Source: Trueperaceae bacterium (GTDB lineage: Bacteria; Deinococcota; Deinococci; Deinococcales; Trueperaceae). From it: DNA of 64,000 nucleotides. Location: positions 1,632,001 to 1,696,000 of the forward strand of contig CBDCDZ010000004.1 in assembly GCA_965215565.1 (NCBI GenBank), in the 5' to 3' direction. A program made the translations under genes and the position numbers. A model generated the notes under the pieces. It searched no databases. It saw only the letters and a program-made list of their open reading frames with translations, and was not told where the DNA came from. Positions 20,521-29,424 of the stretch are shown here, piece after piece (the stretch's first letter is position 1; the number at the start of each line of letters is the position of its first letter).

Positions 20521-20796
20521 TCAGCCTCGAGCCCCAACGAGCGCAAGTTTTCGTGCCCTCGGCAACTGTTTGATGGCGCGTTCGCGGCGCAGGGCGTGGA
20601 CGCGGTCTTGCGCGCGCTCACTGTAGACGAGTTCGACAGGGCGAAACGCGCGGGTGTAGCGCGCGCCCACGCCCCGGTTATGCTCCTCTAAGCGGCGCTC
20701 GAGGTCCGTCGTGACGCCCGTGTAAAGCGCGTCGTTGCGGCAGCGCACGATGTAGACGTGCCACCTGACCTCATACTCCGCGGGAATATCCTTCAC
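20521..20796 (-). CDS. GIY-YIG nuclease (UPF0213/YhbQ-like)
   Basis: VYIVRC...LYTGVTTDLERRLEEHN.G.GARYT and ALRRERAIK. Confidence 0.92.
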   Translation of the reverse strand: MKDIPAEYEVRWHVYIVRCRNDALYTGVTTDLERRLEEHNRGVGARYTRAFRPVELVYSERAQDRVHALRRERAIKQLPRARKLALVGARG

Positions 20797-20835
20797 CGTA
20801 GCGACTATACACCTTTGCTAATGGTGCTAATGGTG

Positions 20836-22353
20836 CTAATGGGGCGCTTCACGGTCCAAGTGTTCGAACTCGAGCGCCCCGTCCTCCAATGCGCCGTAGC
20901 CGAGCGCCGCAACGTCCTGAAAGTAATTTTGATAAATCTTCCAGGGCTTCTTCTCCCCCTGCTTGGGCAAGAGGTGCTCCGAGCGCCTGATGTACCCCGA
21001 CGTAAGGTTGATGGCGGACTGCGTCTGCACCGCCGCGTTCGGCAGGCGGGGCGTGCAGGCGTCATAGCCGCGTTTGTCCATGTAGGCGAGAAGGCGGCAG
21101 ACGAACTTGGAAATCAGTTCGCACTTGAGCGTCCACGAAGCGTTCGTGTAGCCCAGTGCCGAGGCGAAGTTCGGGACGCCGCTATACATCGCGCCCTTGT
21201 AAGAGAGCGTGCTGGCGACGTCCACGGGCGCGCCGTCCACGGAGAGCTGCGCGCCGCCGATCATCTTGAGCTTGAGCCCCGTCGCGCTCACGATGATGTC
21301 GGCGTGGAGATGCGCGCCCGAAGCGAGGCGCAGCCCCGTCTCGGTAAACGAGTCGATCTCATCCGTGACGACGGACGCAGCGCCGGACTTGAGCGCGCCG
21401 AAGAAGTCGCCGTTCGGCGCGAGGCAGAGACGCTGGTCCCAGGGGTTATAGCGCGGCGTGAAGTGCGTCTCCACGTCGTAGTCGGCCCCAAGCTCTTTTC
21501 GCACCTCTTTGATGAGCGAGCGCTTGACTAGCTCCGGCTTCCAGCGCGACATCCTGTAGACGTACATTCCTCCGAGCAGGTTCTTCCAGCGCACCAAGCG
21601 GTGCGCGAGGCGTGAGGGCAAGAGGCGGTGGAGCCGCTTGGCGACGTCGTCCTCGGCGGGCAGCGCGGCGACGTAAGAGGGCGAACGCTGCACCATCGTC
21701 ACGTGCGCGGCTTCTTTGGCGAGTTCGGGCACGAGCGTCACCGCCGTCGCGCCGCTGCCGATCACGACGATCTTTTTGCCCTTCGTATCGAGGTCTTCGG
21801 GCCACGCCTGCGGGTGGACGAGCCTACCCCCATACGCCGCCATATTTTGCCACTGCGGGGTGTAACCTGCCTCGTAGTCGTAGTAGCCGCTACACATGTA
21901 GAGAAAATTGCAGGTGAGCGTGATGGGCTCGCCCTCTGCGACGATCCCCAACCGCCACCGCGCCCTCTTCGAGCACCACGAGGCGCTCTGGAGCGTGTGG
22001 TGGTAACGTATGTGCTCGCCGATATCGTAGGCTTCGGCGGTCTCCTTGATGTAGCCGAGGATGTCAGAAGCGTCCGCGATGGACTTGTCACTCGTCCAGG
22101 GGCGGAAGCTGAAACCGAGCGTCTGCATGTCCGAGTCCGAGCGCACGCCGGGGTAACGAAAGAGGCTCCAGGTGCCGCCCACCTCGCCGCGCGCCTCTAA
22201 GAGGGTGAAGCGTTTGTCCGGGAGGCGGCGCTGCACGTGGCACGCCGCGCCGATACCTGAAAGCCCCGCGCCAACAACGATGATGTCGAAGTGCTGCTCT
22301 GGTGGATGTTGAGGATGTTCGGAGTGAGTGGTTGGATTAGCCTCGAGCGTCAT
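20836..22353 (-). CDS. flavin-containing (Baeyer-Villiger, EthA-like) monooxygenase
   Basis: GAGLSG, YPGVRSDSD, HPQAWP, GSGATA and PWDQRLC motifs. Confidence 0.9.
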   Translation of the reverse strand: MTLEANPTTHSEHPQHPPEQHFDIIVVGAGLSGIGAACHVQRRLPDKRFTLLEARGEVGGTWSLFRYPGVRSDSDMQTLGFSFRPWTSDKSIADASDILGYIKETAEAYDIGEHIRYHHTLQSASWCSKRARWRLGIVAEGEPITLTCNFLYMCSGYYDYEAGYTPQWQNMAAYGGRLVHPQAWPEDLDTKGKKIVVIGSGATAVTLVPELAKEAAHVTMVQRSPSYVAALPAEDDVAKRLHRLLPSRLAHRLVRWKNLLGGMYVYRMSRWKPELVKRSLIKEVRKELGADYDVETHFTPRYNPWDQRLCLAPNGDFFGALKSGAASVVTDEIDSFTETGLRLASGAHLHADIIVSATGLKLKMIGGAQLSVDGAPVDVASTLSYKGAMYSGVPNFASALGYTNASWTLKCELISKFVCRLLAYMDKRGYDACTPRLPNAAVQTQSAINLTSGYIRRSEHLLPKQGEKKPWKIYQNYFQDVAALGYGALEDGALEFEHLDREAPH

Positions 22354-22533
22354 GCAGCCTCCTCGAGAGGTCTAGGTACGAAGTTAAGTTTCACTCTAGG
22401 GTACATGGACACGCCCGAGATTAGGTCCAGTGTCCCTACATTTGATAACAGGTGTTATCCGGTTCGAGTGAACGAAGTTAAAAAAGCTCATCAGAATGCC
22501 CGAAATGCAGCCCAGCTTTGATAGACTCGCTCT

Positions 22534-25095
22534 ATGCTCTGGTCTACCCTCTTCCGTTTGGCTTTTCGCAACTTGCTGCGCCACCCTTGGCGCAGCGTCG
22601 CCACGACGCTCGGCGTCGCTCTAGGCATTGCGGCGGTGCTCGCGACGCTCTCGGTAGGCGACAACGTCGAGGCGAACGTCAGGAGCACCTTGGACGCCGC
22701 TGCGGGCAGAGCGGACTTGCTCGTCACGCCCGGCGCGCAGGGGCGCTCGGTCTTCTCCGTGGACGACGTTTTAGACGAGGTTGCCTCGACGCCCGGCGTC
22801 CTGCGCGTCCACCCGGTGCTGAATACGCGCGCCGAGCCGGTGCGCGACATCCAGGGCGCGGCGGACTCGGTCATACCGGGCGTCGACTCGGGCTTTCAGC
22901 TCTCTGGGCGCGAGACGGAGGAGCCAGAGGACTTGCCCGCCGAACTCCTCGCGGGTGCGCTGCCCGACGCGGGCTCACAGGGCGTCGCGCTCGCGTCGGG
23001 TTTCGCGCAGACGCGCGGCTACGCGGTGGGTGACGAGATCGCCTTTGCGTCGCGCTTAGGTGACTTGCCCTTCACCGTCACCGGGCTTTTGGACGACTCG
23101 ATCGGCTTGGCGAGCACGAACGGCGGGCGCGTCGGCATCGCCAACTTAAACGACTTACAGGACGCTTTTCGGCTCTCGGGGCGCGCGTCCTTCATCGAGG
23201 TGCTCATCGCGGACGGCAGCGTGGCGGCTGAGGTGCAAGAGCGGTTGGAGGCTGCCGTAGGTGACGCCTACACCGTTACCCTGCCCTCAGGTAGCGGCAA
23301 CCTAGCGACGGGCGTGGTGGACACGATCCAGGCGGGTCTGCGCGTGCTCGCCGCGACGCTCATCGCGCTGGGCGGCTTCATGGCGTACAACACTTTCGCG
23401 GCGGGCGTCGTGGAGCGCACGCAGGAGTACGCACTCCTGCGCACCATCTGCATGACGCGCGCGCAGGTGCAGCGCCTGGCGCTCGTTGAGGCGGCGCTCG
23501 TCAGCCTGCTCGGGGTGGTCTTGGGGCTCACCCTCGGCGTCTTGCTCTCGCTCGGCATCACACAGCTTCAGGCGCAGAGCTTGGGCTTCGAATTTCGCAC
23601 TCTGGTCATTCCGGTAGGCAACGTGCTCTTAGCGAGCGTCATCGGCGTGTTGGTCTCGCTCCTAGCGGGACTCTTGCCCGCTAGAGCAGCCTCGCAGACG
23701 CACCCTTTAGCAGCCTCGAGGCGCACCGAAGAGCGGACCTCGCGCAACCCACATCTGGGGTGGCCCCTCGTCATCGGCGGCGTCATCGCGGCTTTGAGCC
23801 CCTGGCAGGGCGGCTGGGCGATCTTCGGCAGCGCCCTGGCGATGGGTCTCCTCTTTTTGGGCATCACGCTCATCACACCGCTGCTCTTGCCGCCCGCCTT
23901 GACCCTCTTGCGCCCCATCTTCACGCGCGTCTACGGCGTGGCGGGCAAGCTGGGCGCGTCCTTTACCCTGCGCAACGCGGAGCGCAACGCTGTAGCCATC
24001 GGCGCGGTGATCGTCGGCATGGGCTTAACCATCGGCGTCGGCGCGATGGTGGCGGGCATCAACCAGTCGATCCGCGACTGGGTGGATACCACCATCGTCG
24101 GCGACCTCTTCGTCACCACGCCCGTGAGTTTTCCGGCTGGCTTCGAGCAGGCAGCCGGGGAGCGCGTGAGTGAACTCGCGGAGATCAGCGGCGTCGGCGT
24201 GCGCGTCGTGCGCTTTGAAGCGGAGGAGGGGGCGAGAGGGCGCAGCGTCGCGCTCGTCTTGGTGGACCCCGAACGCTTCAACCCAGAGGGCGGCTTCGGC
24301 AGATTTCAGTTCATCGACGGACAGGGCGACGCGCAAGTTGCCTACGACACGCTGCGTAGCGGCGGTCAGGTGTTGGCGGCGAACACCATCTTGGACCGCT
24401 TCGGCGTGGAGCGGGGCGACGAGGTGCAGCTCCGCACGAACGAAGGATTTCAAGGCTTCGAAGTCGGCGGCGTCGTCGTGGACTTTACGGGGGGCGGCGA
24501 AGCGTTTGTGGGTAGCTTGAACGACGCAGACCTCTTCGGCGGCGGCACGCCCGACCTCTTCGTGATGACCTTGCAAGAGGGCGCGGACCCGCAAGCGGTG
24601 CGCGAGTCGCTTATAGGGGCGTTCCCGGAGTTATATTTGGACGTCACCTTAAACCAGTCCTACCGTGAGCGCATCCTCACCTTGACCCAGCAGACCTTTG
24701 CCACCACGAACGGACTGCTCATCTTAGCGGTCTTCATCGCCGCTTTGGGCGTCGCTAACACGCTCGGCATGAACCTGAGCAGCCGCCAGCACGAGATCGC
24801 CGTGCTGCGCACCCTGGGGCTTACGCGGCGCGGCGTGCGGCGGCTCATCTCGGCGGAGGGAGTGGTCATTATCGTCGTCGGCACGCTTTTAGGTATCCTC
24901 TGCGGCGTTTTGCTCTCGACGGTCATCACGGCGGGCGCGAACGCCTTGACGGGCTACCGCATCGTGCCGGTCTACCCTTGGCGGCTCATCGTCGTCGCGC
25001 TCGTCAGCTCGCCCTTAGTCGGACTTTTAGCCTCGCTCTTGCCCGCGCGCCGCGCCGCGAAGCTCTCGCCTGTGACGGCGCTCGGGGGGGAGTAA
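22534..25095 (+). CDS. ABC transporter permease, FtsX/MacB-like with duplicated domains
   Basis: Two periplasmic-core + FtsX units (ERTQEYALLR; RQHEIAVLRTLG). Confidence 0.88.
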   Translation: MLWSTLFRLAFRNLLRHPWRSVATTLGVALGIAAVLATLSVGDNVEANVRSTLDAAAGRADLLVTPGAQGRSVFSVDDVLDEVASTPGVLRVHPVLNTRAEPVRDIQGAADSVIPGVDSGFQLSGRETEEPEDLPAELLAGALPDAGSQGVALASGFAQTRGYAVGDEIAFASRLGDLPFTVTGLLDDSIGLASTNGGRVGIANLNDLQDAFRLSGRASFIEVLIADGSVAAEVQERLEAAVGDAYTVTLPSGSGNLATGVVDTIQAGLRVLAATLIALGGFMAYNTFAAGVVERTQEYALLRTICMTRAQVQRLALVEAALVSLLGVVLGLTLGVLLSLGITQLQAQSLGFEFRTLVIPVGNVLLASVIGVLVSLLAGLLPARAASQTHPLAASRRTEERTSRNPHLGWPLVIGGVIAALSPWQGGWAIFGSALAMGLLFLGITLITPLLLPPALTLLRPIFTRVYGVAGKLGASFTLRNAERNAVAIGAVIVGMGLTIGVGAMVAGINQSIRDWVDTTIVGDLFVTTPVSFPAGFEQAAGERVSELAEISGVGVRVVRFEAEEGARGRSVALVLVDPERFNPEGGFGRFQFIDGQGDAQVAYDTLRSGGQVLAANTILDRFGVERGDEVQLRTNEGFQGFEVGGVVVDFTGGGEAFVGSLNDADLFGGGTPDLFVMTLQEGADPQAVRESLIGAFPELYLDVTLNQSYRERILTLTQQTFATTNGLLILAVFIAALGVANTLGMNLSSRQHEIAVLRTLGLTRRGVRRLISAEGVVIIVVGTLLGILCGVLLSTVITAGANALTGYRIVPVYPWRLIVVALVSSPLVGLLASLLPARRAAKLSPVTALGGE

Positions 25096-25344
25096 CGAAT
25101 ATGCTAGGCTGGAACCCGCATCGCCATACTGAAAAAGGTCGACGGGTTGTGTAAGGTGCTCTGCGCAGGTCACGCCGGTATACGCTGCGAAGGGGGAACT
25201 GATGGGGACGCTAAATGGGGATTATGTCGATAGGTTGCGCTAGGCTGCAATTCAAGCACAAGAGCACAACTCGGGTGCAACGCTGGGCTATTTCGTGAAA
25301 ACGAGGTTTTAGGTGATCAGGACTATCTTCTGTAAAGGGCAGCG

Positions 25345-26715
25345 ATGTCGCTCATAATTGTCTCCAACCGCGAACCACTGCAAGAGGAGAACGGCAGTTG
25401 GCAGCCCTCAGTGGGCGGCCTCACCACAGCGCTCTTACCCGTTTTGGAGAAGCGCGGTGGTGTGTGGGTGGCTTGGGGCGAAGAGAAGGCGGACGAAGTC
25501 CCGAGTATCCACTATCCCGAGGATGATCCCATCTTGGAGGTCAAACGCCTCAAACTCAGTGATGAAGAGGTCGGCAACTACTACTACGGGCTCGCCAACC
25601 GCGTCTTATGGCCCGTCTGTCACTACTTCATCGAACAGATGGATTTGCGGCAGGAGTTCTTCGACGACTACGCCGAGGTCAACCGGCGCTTTGCGGACGC
25701 TGTCGCGGAAACGTACAGTGAGGGCGACGCGGTCTGGATTCAGGACTACCACCTACTCTTAGCACCTGGCTTTGTGCGCGAGCAAAAACCGGACGCCCGC
25801 ATCGGCTTCTTCTTCCACATCCCGTGGCCCGCCGTCGAGGTGTGGCGCACACTGCCCTGGTCGAAAGAACTGACTAAAGGACTCTTGGGCGCAGACCTCT
25901 TAGGTTTTCACAACGAGGCGTATGCCGGAAACTTCTTGGAGGCTGCCAAGGACGTGGGCGCGACGGTCGAGGGCAACTGCGTCTATTATGAAGGCCGCAC
26001 GATTCGCGCAGAGGCGCACCCCATCGGCATCGACACGGCGCGCTTTGAGGAATTTGCCGACAAAGAAAGTGTAAAAAAGGGAGCCGAGGAGCTAAAGGCG
26101 AATATCCACAGCGAGTTCATCATCGTGGGCGTGGACCGGCTCGACTACACGAAGGGCCTGCCCGAACGCCTCCTCGCCTTCGAGCACTTTTTAGAACACA
26201 ACCCCGACTATCAGGGCAAGGTCACGCTCTACCAAGTCGCCTCGCCGAGCCGTACGCGCGTCGAGTCGTATCAAGAGTTGAAAAGAACTGTGGATGAGAT
26301 CGCTGGGCGTATCAACGGCGAATACATGCAGGGCGACTGGGTGCCGGTGCGCTACCTCTACCGCTCGTTTCCCCAAGAAGAGTTAGCGAGCGTCTACCTC
26401 GCTGCCGACGCCGCGCTCATCACGCCCATCCGCGACGGGATGAACGTCGTGGCGCAGGAGTTCTCGCTCATCACCGAGAGCGGCACGCTCATCTTGTCGA
26501 ACTTGACGGGAGCTGCCAATGTGCTCACCGAGACCCTGCGTGTCAACCCCTTCGACATCGAAGAGGTCTCAAGCGCCATCAAAGAGGCGCTCACGACGCC
26601 TGAAGAGAAGCGGAGAGAACGCGCCGCCAAGCTGCGCGAGCAGGTCAAGTCGCTCGACGTGCACGGCTGGGCGGAAGGCTTCCTCAATTCTTTAGAGGGA
26701 CGTGCTAAGGAATAA
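25345..26715 (+). CDS. otsA: trehalose-6-phosphate synthase
   Basis: VSNR, GGL, WIQDYH, HIPWP, VDRLDYTKG and DGMN motifs. Confidence 0.95.
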   Translation: MSLIIVSNREPLQEENGSWQPSVGGLTTALLPVLEKRGGVWVAWGEEKADEVPSIHYPEDDPILEVKRLKLSDEEVGNYYYGLANRVLWPVCHYFIEQMDLRQEFFDDYAEVNRRFADAVAETYSEGDAVWIQDYHLLLAPGFVREQKPDARIGFFFHIPWPAVEVWRTLPWSKELTKGLLGADLLGFHNEAYAGNFLEAAKDVGATVEGNCVYYEGRTIRAEAHPIGIDTARFEEFADKESVKKGAEELKANIHSEFIIVGVDRLDYTKGLPERLLAFEHFLEHNPDYQGKVTLYQVASPSRTRVESYQELKRTVDEIAGRINGEYMQGDWVPVRYLYRSFPQEELASVYLAADAALITPIRDGMNVVAQEFSLITESGTLILSNLTGAANVLTETLRVNPFDIEEVSSAIKEALTTPEEKRRERAAKLREQVKSLDVHGWAEGFLNSLEGRAKE

Positions 26716-27410
26716 TGAACGACGTTCCCACCGTTCAAAACCCGCTCCTGATGCTCGATTACGACGGCACGCTAGCAGAAGTCGTCGATAATCCAGATGA
26801 GGCGCATCCGCACGAAGAGGTGCCGGACCTACTCACAAGGCTGAACGAAGCGCATCCGGTTTACATCGTCACCGGACGCACCGCCGATGACCTCAGCACC
26901 CTCTTACACGTTGAGGGTCTGCGCGTTATCGGCGTGCACGGGATGGAAGAGGGTGTGTTGGGGGGAGAGGTCACGCCGAGCGTCTCGGAAGAGGATTTAG
27001 AGACGTTGGAGGAGGTGCGGCGGGACTTCCCCGAGCTTAAAGGGTTGAAGGTGGAGGATAAGAGGTCAGCCATTGCCTTTCACTACAGAGAAGTCTCGGA
27101 CGAGGGTAGAGAGAAACTCGAGTCCTGGGCGTCACAACAACCCAAAAATTTAAGCAGATTATGGGGCAAAAACGTCTTGGAATTACGTCCCGAAGGCTAC
27201 AGCAAAGGGCGAGCGGTAGAGCGTTTAGTCAAAGAGCATTCAGACAAAAAACCCGTCTTCATCGGCGACGACACGACGGATGAAGAGGCGTTCGAAGTTT
27301 TAGCATTAGATACAGGGCTCAGTATTAAAGTCGGACAAGGCGAGACGAAAGCGCAGGCGCGTCTGGTGGACGTGGACGCAGTCGTCGCTTACTTGAAGCA
27401 CTACCTCTAA
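26715..27410 (+). CDS. otsB: trehalose-6-phosphate phosphatase
   Basis: HAD motif DYDGTL, KGRA and GDDTTDE. Translationally coupled to otsA. Confidence 0.95.
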   Translation: MNDVPTVQNPLLMLDYDGTLAEVVDNPDEAHPHEEVPDLLTRLNEAHPVYIVTGRTADDLSTLLHVEGLRVIGVHGMEEGVLGGEVTPSVSEEDLETLEEVRRDFPELKGLKVEDKRSAIAFHYREVSDEGREKLESWASQQPKNLSRLWGKNVLELRPEGYSKGRAVERLVKEHSDKKPVFIGDDTTDEEAFEVLALDTGLSIKVGQGETKAQARLVDVDAVVAYLKHYL

Positions 27411-27475
27411 ATTAAGTCTGTGGGGGTTGGGGCTCGAGAGACTCGAGCCCTGCTAAAATCTAGGCGGTGTACTAA

Positions 27476-27654
27476 TAGCAGGTATCATCTGGTTTGAGTG
27501 TACGTAAGTTTTGCGAAGCAACACGCTCACCGTAGGAAACGATGTTTCCTATGGAAAACTGCGTAACTAACACGCACATTATGAGATGAAATCCCGCTAG
27601 TCCTTACGGACAGAGACCTGCAGCATTTTATCTCAGTATGTCTTGGAACTGCTT
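27476..27654 (+). mobile_element. family-1 MITE-like element, copy B (179 bp)
   Basis: 111-bp core plus cassettes of 22, 21 and 25 nt. Confidence 0.85.
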
Positions 27655-27946
27655 TAAGTTTTGCGAGCGCAGTAGCACCAAGTCCGTAGGAAACGTGAGT
27701 TAGTCCTCGGATAGACGTAAGATGGGACCCTTCCAGGTCCATGCCGAGCACCTTCACTATTCCTTAACAAAATGTAAGAAATCCCTCTTAAAGCACAGTT
27801 TTTTTACTTACACCCTCTTTCTCTGTTATGCTTTGACAGGTGAATTTTACAGCAAGGGGCAGAACGTCTCTGCGTCAGACCTTGACACGGTCCAGCGCCC
27901 ACATGTGGGCGCTCTAAAGAGGGTGATCACGATAACAGGTTCAACC

Positions 27947-28822
27947 ATGTTTCCAGCGAGTTTCGAGTATCACCGCGCCGGTTCGGTCGAGGAGGCGTTA
28001 GACCTCTTAGCCCAATATGGCGCGGACGCCAAACTGTTAGCGGGCGGTCAGAGCCTCATCCCAGATATGCGCTACCGCTTGACACAGCCGGGCGTTTTAG
28101 TCGATATCAATAAAATTGAAGGCTTGGGCTACCTCAACGAAAATGGAACGCTCAGCTTGGGCGCACTTACGCGCAGTTCGGATGTGGAGTCGTCCAAGCT
28201 CATCAATGAGAGGTATCACCTGCTCGCGGACGTGTCGCGCACCGTCGCGGACCCTATCGTCCGCAGACGCGGCACCGTCGCGGGCAGCCTCGCGTACAAC
28301 GATCCCTCGGGCGACTGGGGTTCGGCGGCGCTAGCATCTCGCGCGGAAGTTGTGATTCGCGGGCAAAGCGGTACGCGCACACAGGATATCGACGACTTCT
28401 TAATGGGGCACTACCAAACCTCGTTGCAAGAGGGCGAGATGCTGACCGAAGTCCGCTTTCCTACGCTGGACAGCCGCACGGCAGGCGCGTACGAAAAGGT
28501 CAAGCGCAAAATCGGCGACTGGGCGACAGCATCCGCTGCTGTTCAAGTGACCTTAGGTGACGACAACGCCATTCGTGAAGTCGGTATCAGCATGGCGGCG
28601 GTCGCGCCGGAGCCGCGCCGGGCGGAGGAAGCCGAAGAGGTCTTGCGCGGTTACTACCTTACAAAAGAGTCGATTGAAGCCGCGTCCGAAGCGGCGATGA
28701 AGGTGGCGGAGCCTAAAAGCGACACGCGCGGCTCAGCCGAATACAAGAGAGACATGGTGCGGGTGTTGGTCTCGAGGGGCTTATACCGCGCCGCCGCGCG
28801 TTTAGGAGTGAACGTTGAGTAA
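27947..28822 (+). CDS. coxM: aerobic CO dehydrogenase medium (FAD) subunit
   Basis: [21 protein letters not shown] and [13 protein letters not shown] motifs. Confidence 0.9.
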   Translation: MFPASFEYHRAGSVEEALDLLAQYGADAKLLAGGQSLIPDMRYRLTQPGVLVDINKIEGLGYLNENGTLSLGALTRSSDVESSKLINERYHLLADVSRTVADPIVRRRGTVAGSLAYNDPSGDWGSAALASRAEVVIRGQSGTRTQDIDDFLMGHYQTSLQEGEMLTEVRFPTLDSRTAGAYEKVKRKIGDWATASAAVQVTLGDDNAIREVGISMAAVAPEPRRAEEAEEVLRGYYLTKESIEAASEAAMKVAEPKSDTRGSAEYKRDMVRVLVSRGLYRAAARLGVNVE

Positions 28823-29327
28823 GTCAGCAAATAAACCAGTGGAAAAACAAACCGTCGAAGTGAATGTGAACGGTAAACAGGTGAAGTTGGATGTCGAACC
28901 CCGCACCCTCTTGGCCTACGCCATCCGCGACGCGGGTCTCACCGGCACACACGTCGGCTGCGACTCAACGAGTTGCGGCGCGTGCACGGTCTTAGTAGAC
29001 GGCGTCCCCGTCAAATCCTGCACCATGTTCGCCGTGCAAGCCGAAGGTAGTGACGTCACCACCATCGAGGGCATGGGCGGCGGCGCGAACCTCCACCCTT
29101 TACAGCAAGCCTTTTGGGACCAGCACGGACTCCAGTGCGGCTACTGTACGCCCGGTATGATTTTGACCTCGCACGCCCTGCTCCAGGACAACCCGAACCC
29201 GAGCGAAGAGGAGATTCGCTTCGCCATTTCGGGCAACCTGTGCCGCTGCACGGGCTACAACAACATTGTCAAAGCTGTGAAGCAAGCCGCCGAGACCCTC
29301 TCGGAGCCTGCACAAGCAGCGGATTAG
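28815..29327 (+). CDS. coxS: aerobic CO dehydrogenase small (2x[2Fe-2S]) subunit
   Basis: [15 protein letters not shown] and CRCTGY motifs. Confidence 0.93.
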   Translation: MSKSANKPVEKQTVEVNVNGKQVKLDVEPRTLLAYAIRDAGLTGTHVGCDSTSCGACTVLVDGVPVKSCTMFAVQAEGSDVTTIEGMGGGANLHPLQQAFWDQHGLQCGYCTPGMILTSHALLQDNPNPSEEEIRFAISGNLCRCTGYNNIVKAVKQAAETLSEPAQAAD

Positions 29328-29330
29328 GTC

Positions 29331-29388
29331 CTGCCTGATGCAATCAGGCAGCGTTTAGCGGTTAAGGACCACAATTCACTTGTGGTCC
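29331..29388. other. two intercistronic hairpins between coxS and coxL
   Basis: CTGCCTGAT-gca-ATCAGGCAG and GGACCACAA-ttcac-TTGTGGTCC. Confidence 0.6.
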
Positions 29389-29424
29389 GCTTCCGCACGT
29401 TCACCACAAGAACTAGGAGTTTTC

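Noticed and set aside
27656..27705. Echoes of copy B motifs (AAGTTTTGCGA, CCGTAGGAAACG)
   Set aside because: Too short to define an element by eye.
27722..27946. N-terminal extensions in the ORF track (coxM, gap, 5759 lipoprotein, nucleoside hydrolase, cpdB, tamB, acyP)
   Set aside because: Downstream starts fit family N-termini, signal peptides or SD positions better.
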